From an uncultured delta proteobacterium (GTDB lineage Bacteria; Myxococcota_A; Polyangia; Palsa-1104), in the NCBI GenBank assembly GCA_963785725.1, contig CAWAWS010000007.1:416001-480000 (forward strand): a DNA stretch of 64,000 nucleotides, written 5' to 3'. Within the stretch, counting starts at the first letter, position 1. The number at the start of each line of letters is the position of its first letter. Under the pieces are notes generated by a model. The model ran no database searches and was not told where the DNA came from. It saw nothing but the letters and a program-made list of their open reading frames with translations. The position numbers and the translations under genes were made by a program. Below, piece after piece: positions 63,762 to 64,000 of the stretch.

Positions 63762-64000
63762 TTTGCGAATAGGTTGATGAGGCGCTGGCGCGAGTCGGCG
63801 AAGTGGGCCTCTTCGTCGCGTCCTTGGCGCAGGAAGGCGTCGACGGCGGCGACGCGCGCCAACGCATCGTCGGTGGCCGGGTCCGCGCCTTTGCGGTAGG
63901 CGCCGAGCAGCACGAGGTCGCGCTGGCGCTCGTAGGTCGCCAGGACCTCGCGCAGCCGCGCCGCCGCGCGCCGATGGCCGTCGTCGACCAGCTCGTCCAT
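63758..64000 (-). CDS. FliI/SctN (YscN) family export ATPase, C-terminal fragment
   Basis: LREVLATY...DLVLLGAYRKGADPATDDAL...FLRQ. Truncated by the window end. Confidence 0.85.
   Translation of the reverse strand: MDELVDDGHRRAAARLREVLATYERQRDLVLLGAYRKGADPATDDALARVAAVDAFLRQGRDEEAHFADSRQRLINLFAK

Overview
High-GC (about 70%) chromosomal segment, probably from a Myxococcota/deltaproteobacterial genome or MAG (inferred from DUF1844, PEGA and myxobacterial-type PilZ proteins). It holds housekeeping genes (dnaG, nadC, birA, a uvrD/pcrA-type helicase, a degP-like protease, rlmI, mfd, two parvulin PPIases, a HIT protein, tldD and a FliI/SctN fragment). It also holds a type II fatty-acid/aryl-polyene-like gene group (ACP, fabG, LolA-like carrier, KS plus a KS-like chain-length factor, acyltransferase, deacetylase, DUF2062-methyltransferase), a MoxR-DUF58-Bat operon and a split ArsA-like ATPase pair. 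No rRNA, tRNA, CRISPR array or transposase was recognised. The most striking signal is non-coding. I counted 30 exact copies of an AT-rich palindrome, TGGT-N3-ACCA (mostly WWTGGTTWAACCAWW), between 5119 and 19703. They sit inside genes, on start and stop codons and in convergent intergenic gaps, and neighbouring copies are exactly 21 bp apart. I saw none in the other ~49 kb. This looks like a centromere (parS)-like or nucleoid-organising site cluster with a non-canonical sequence. A second palindrome family (GTGCR-N2-YGCAC) forms separate 21-bp-phased arrays at 43.5, 58.3 and 59.9 kb. Frameshifts in birA, mfd and a peptidase look like assembly or consensus artefacts.
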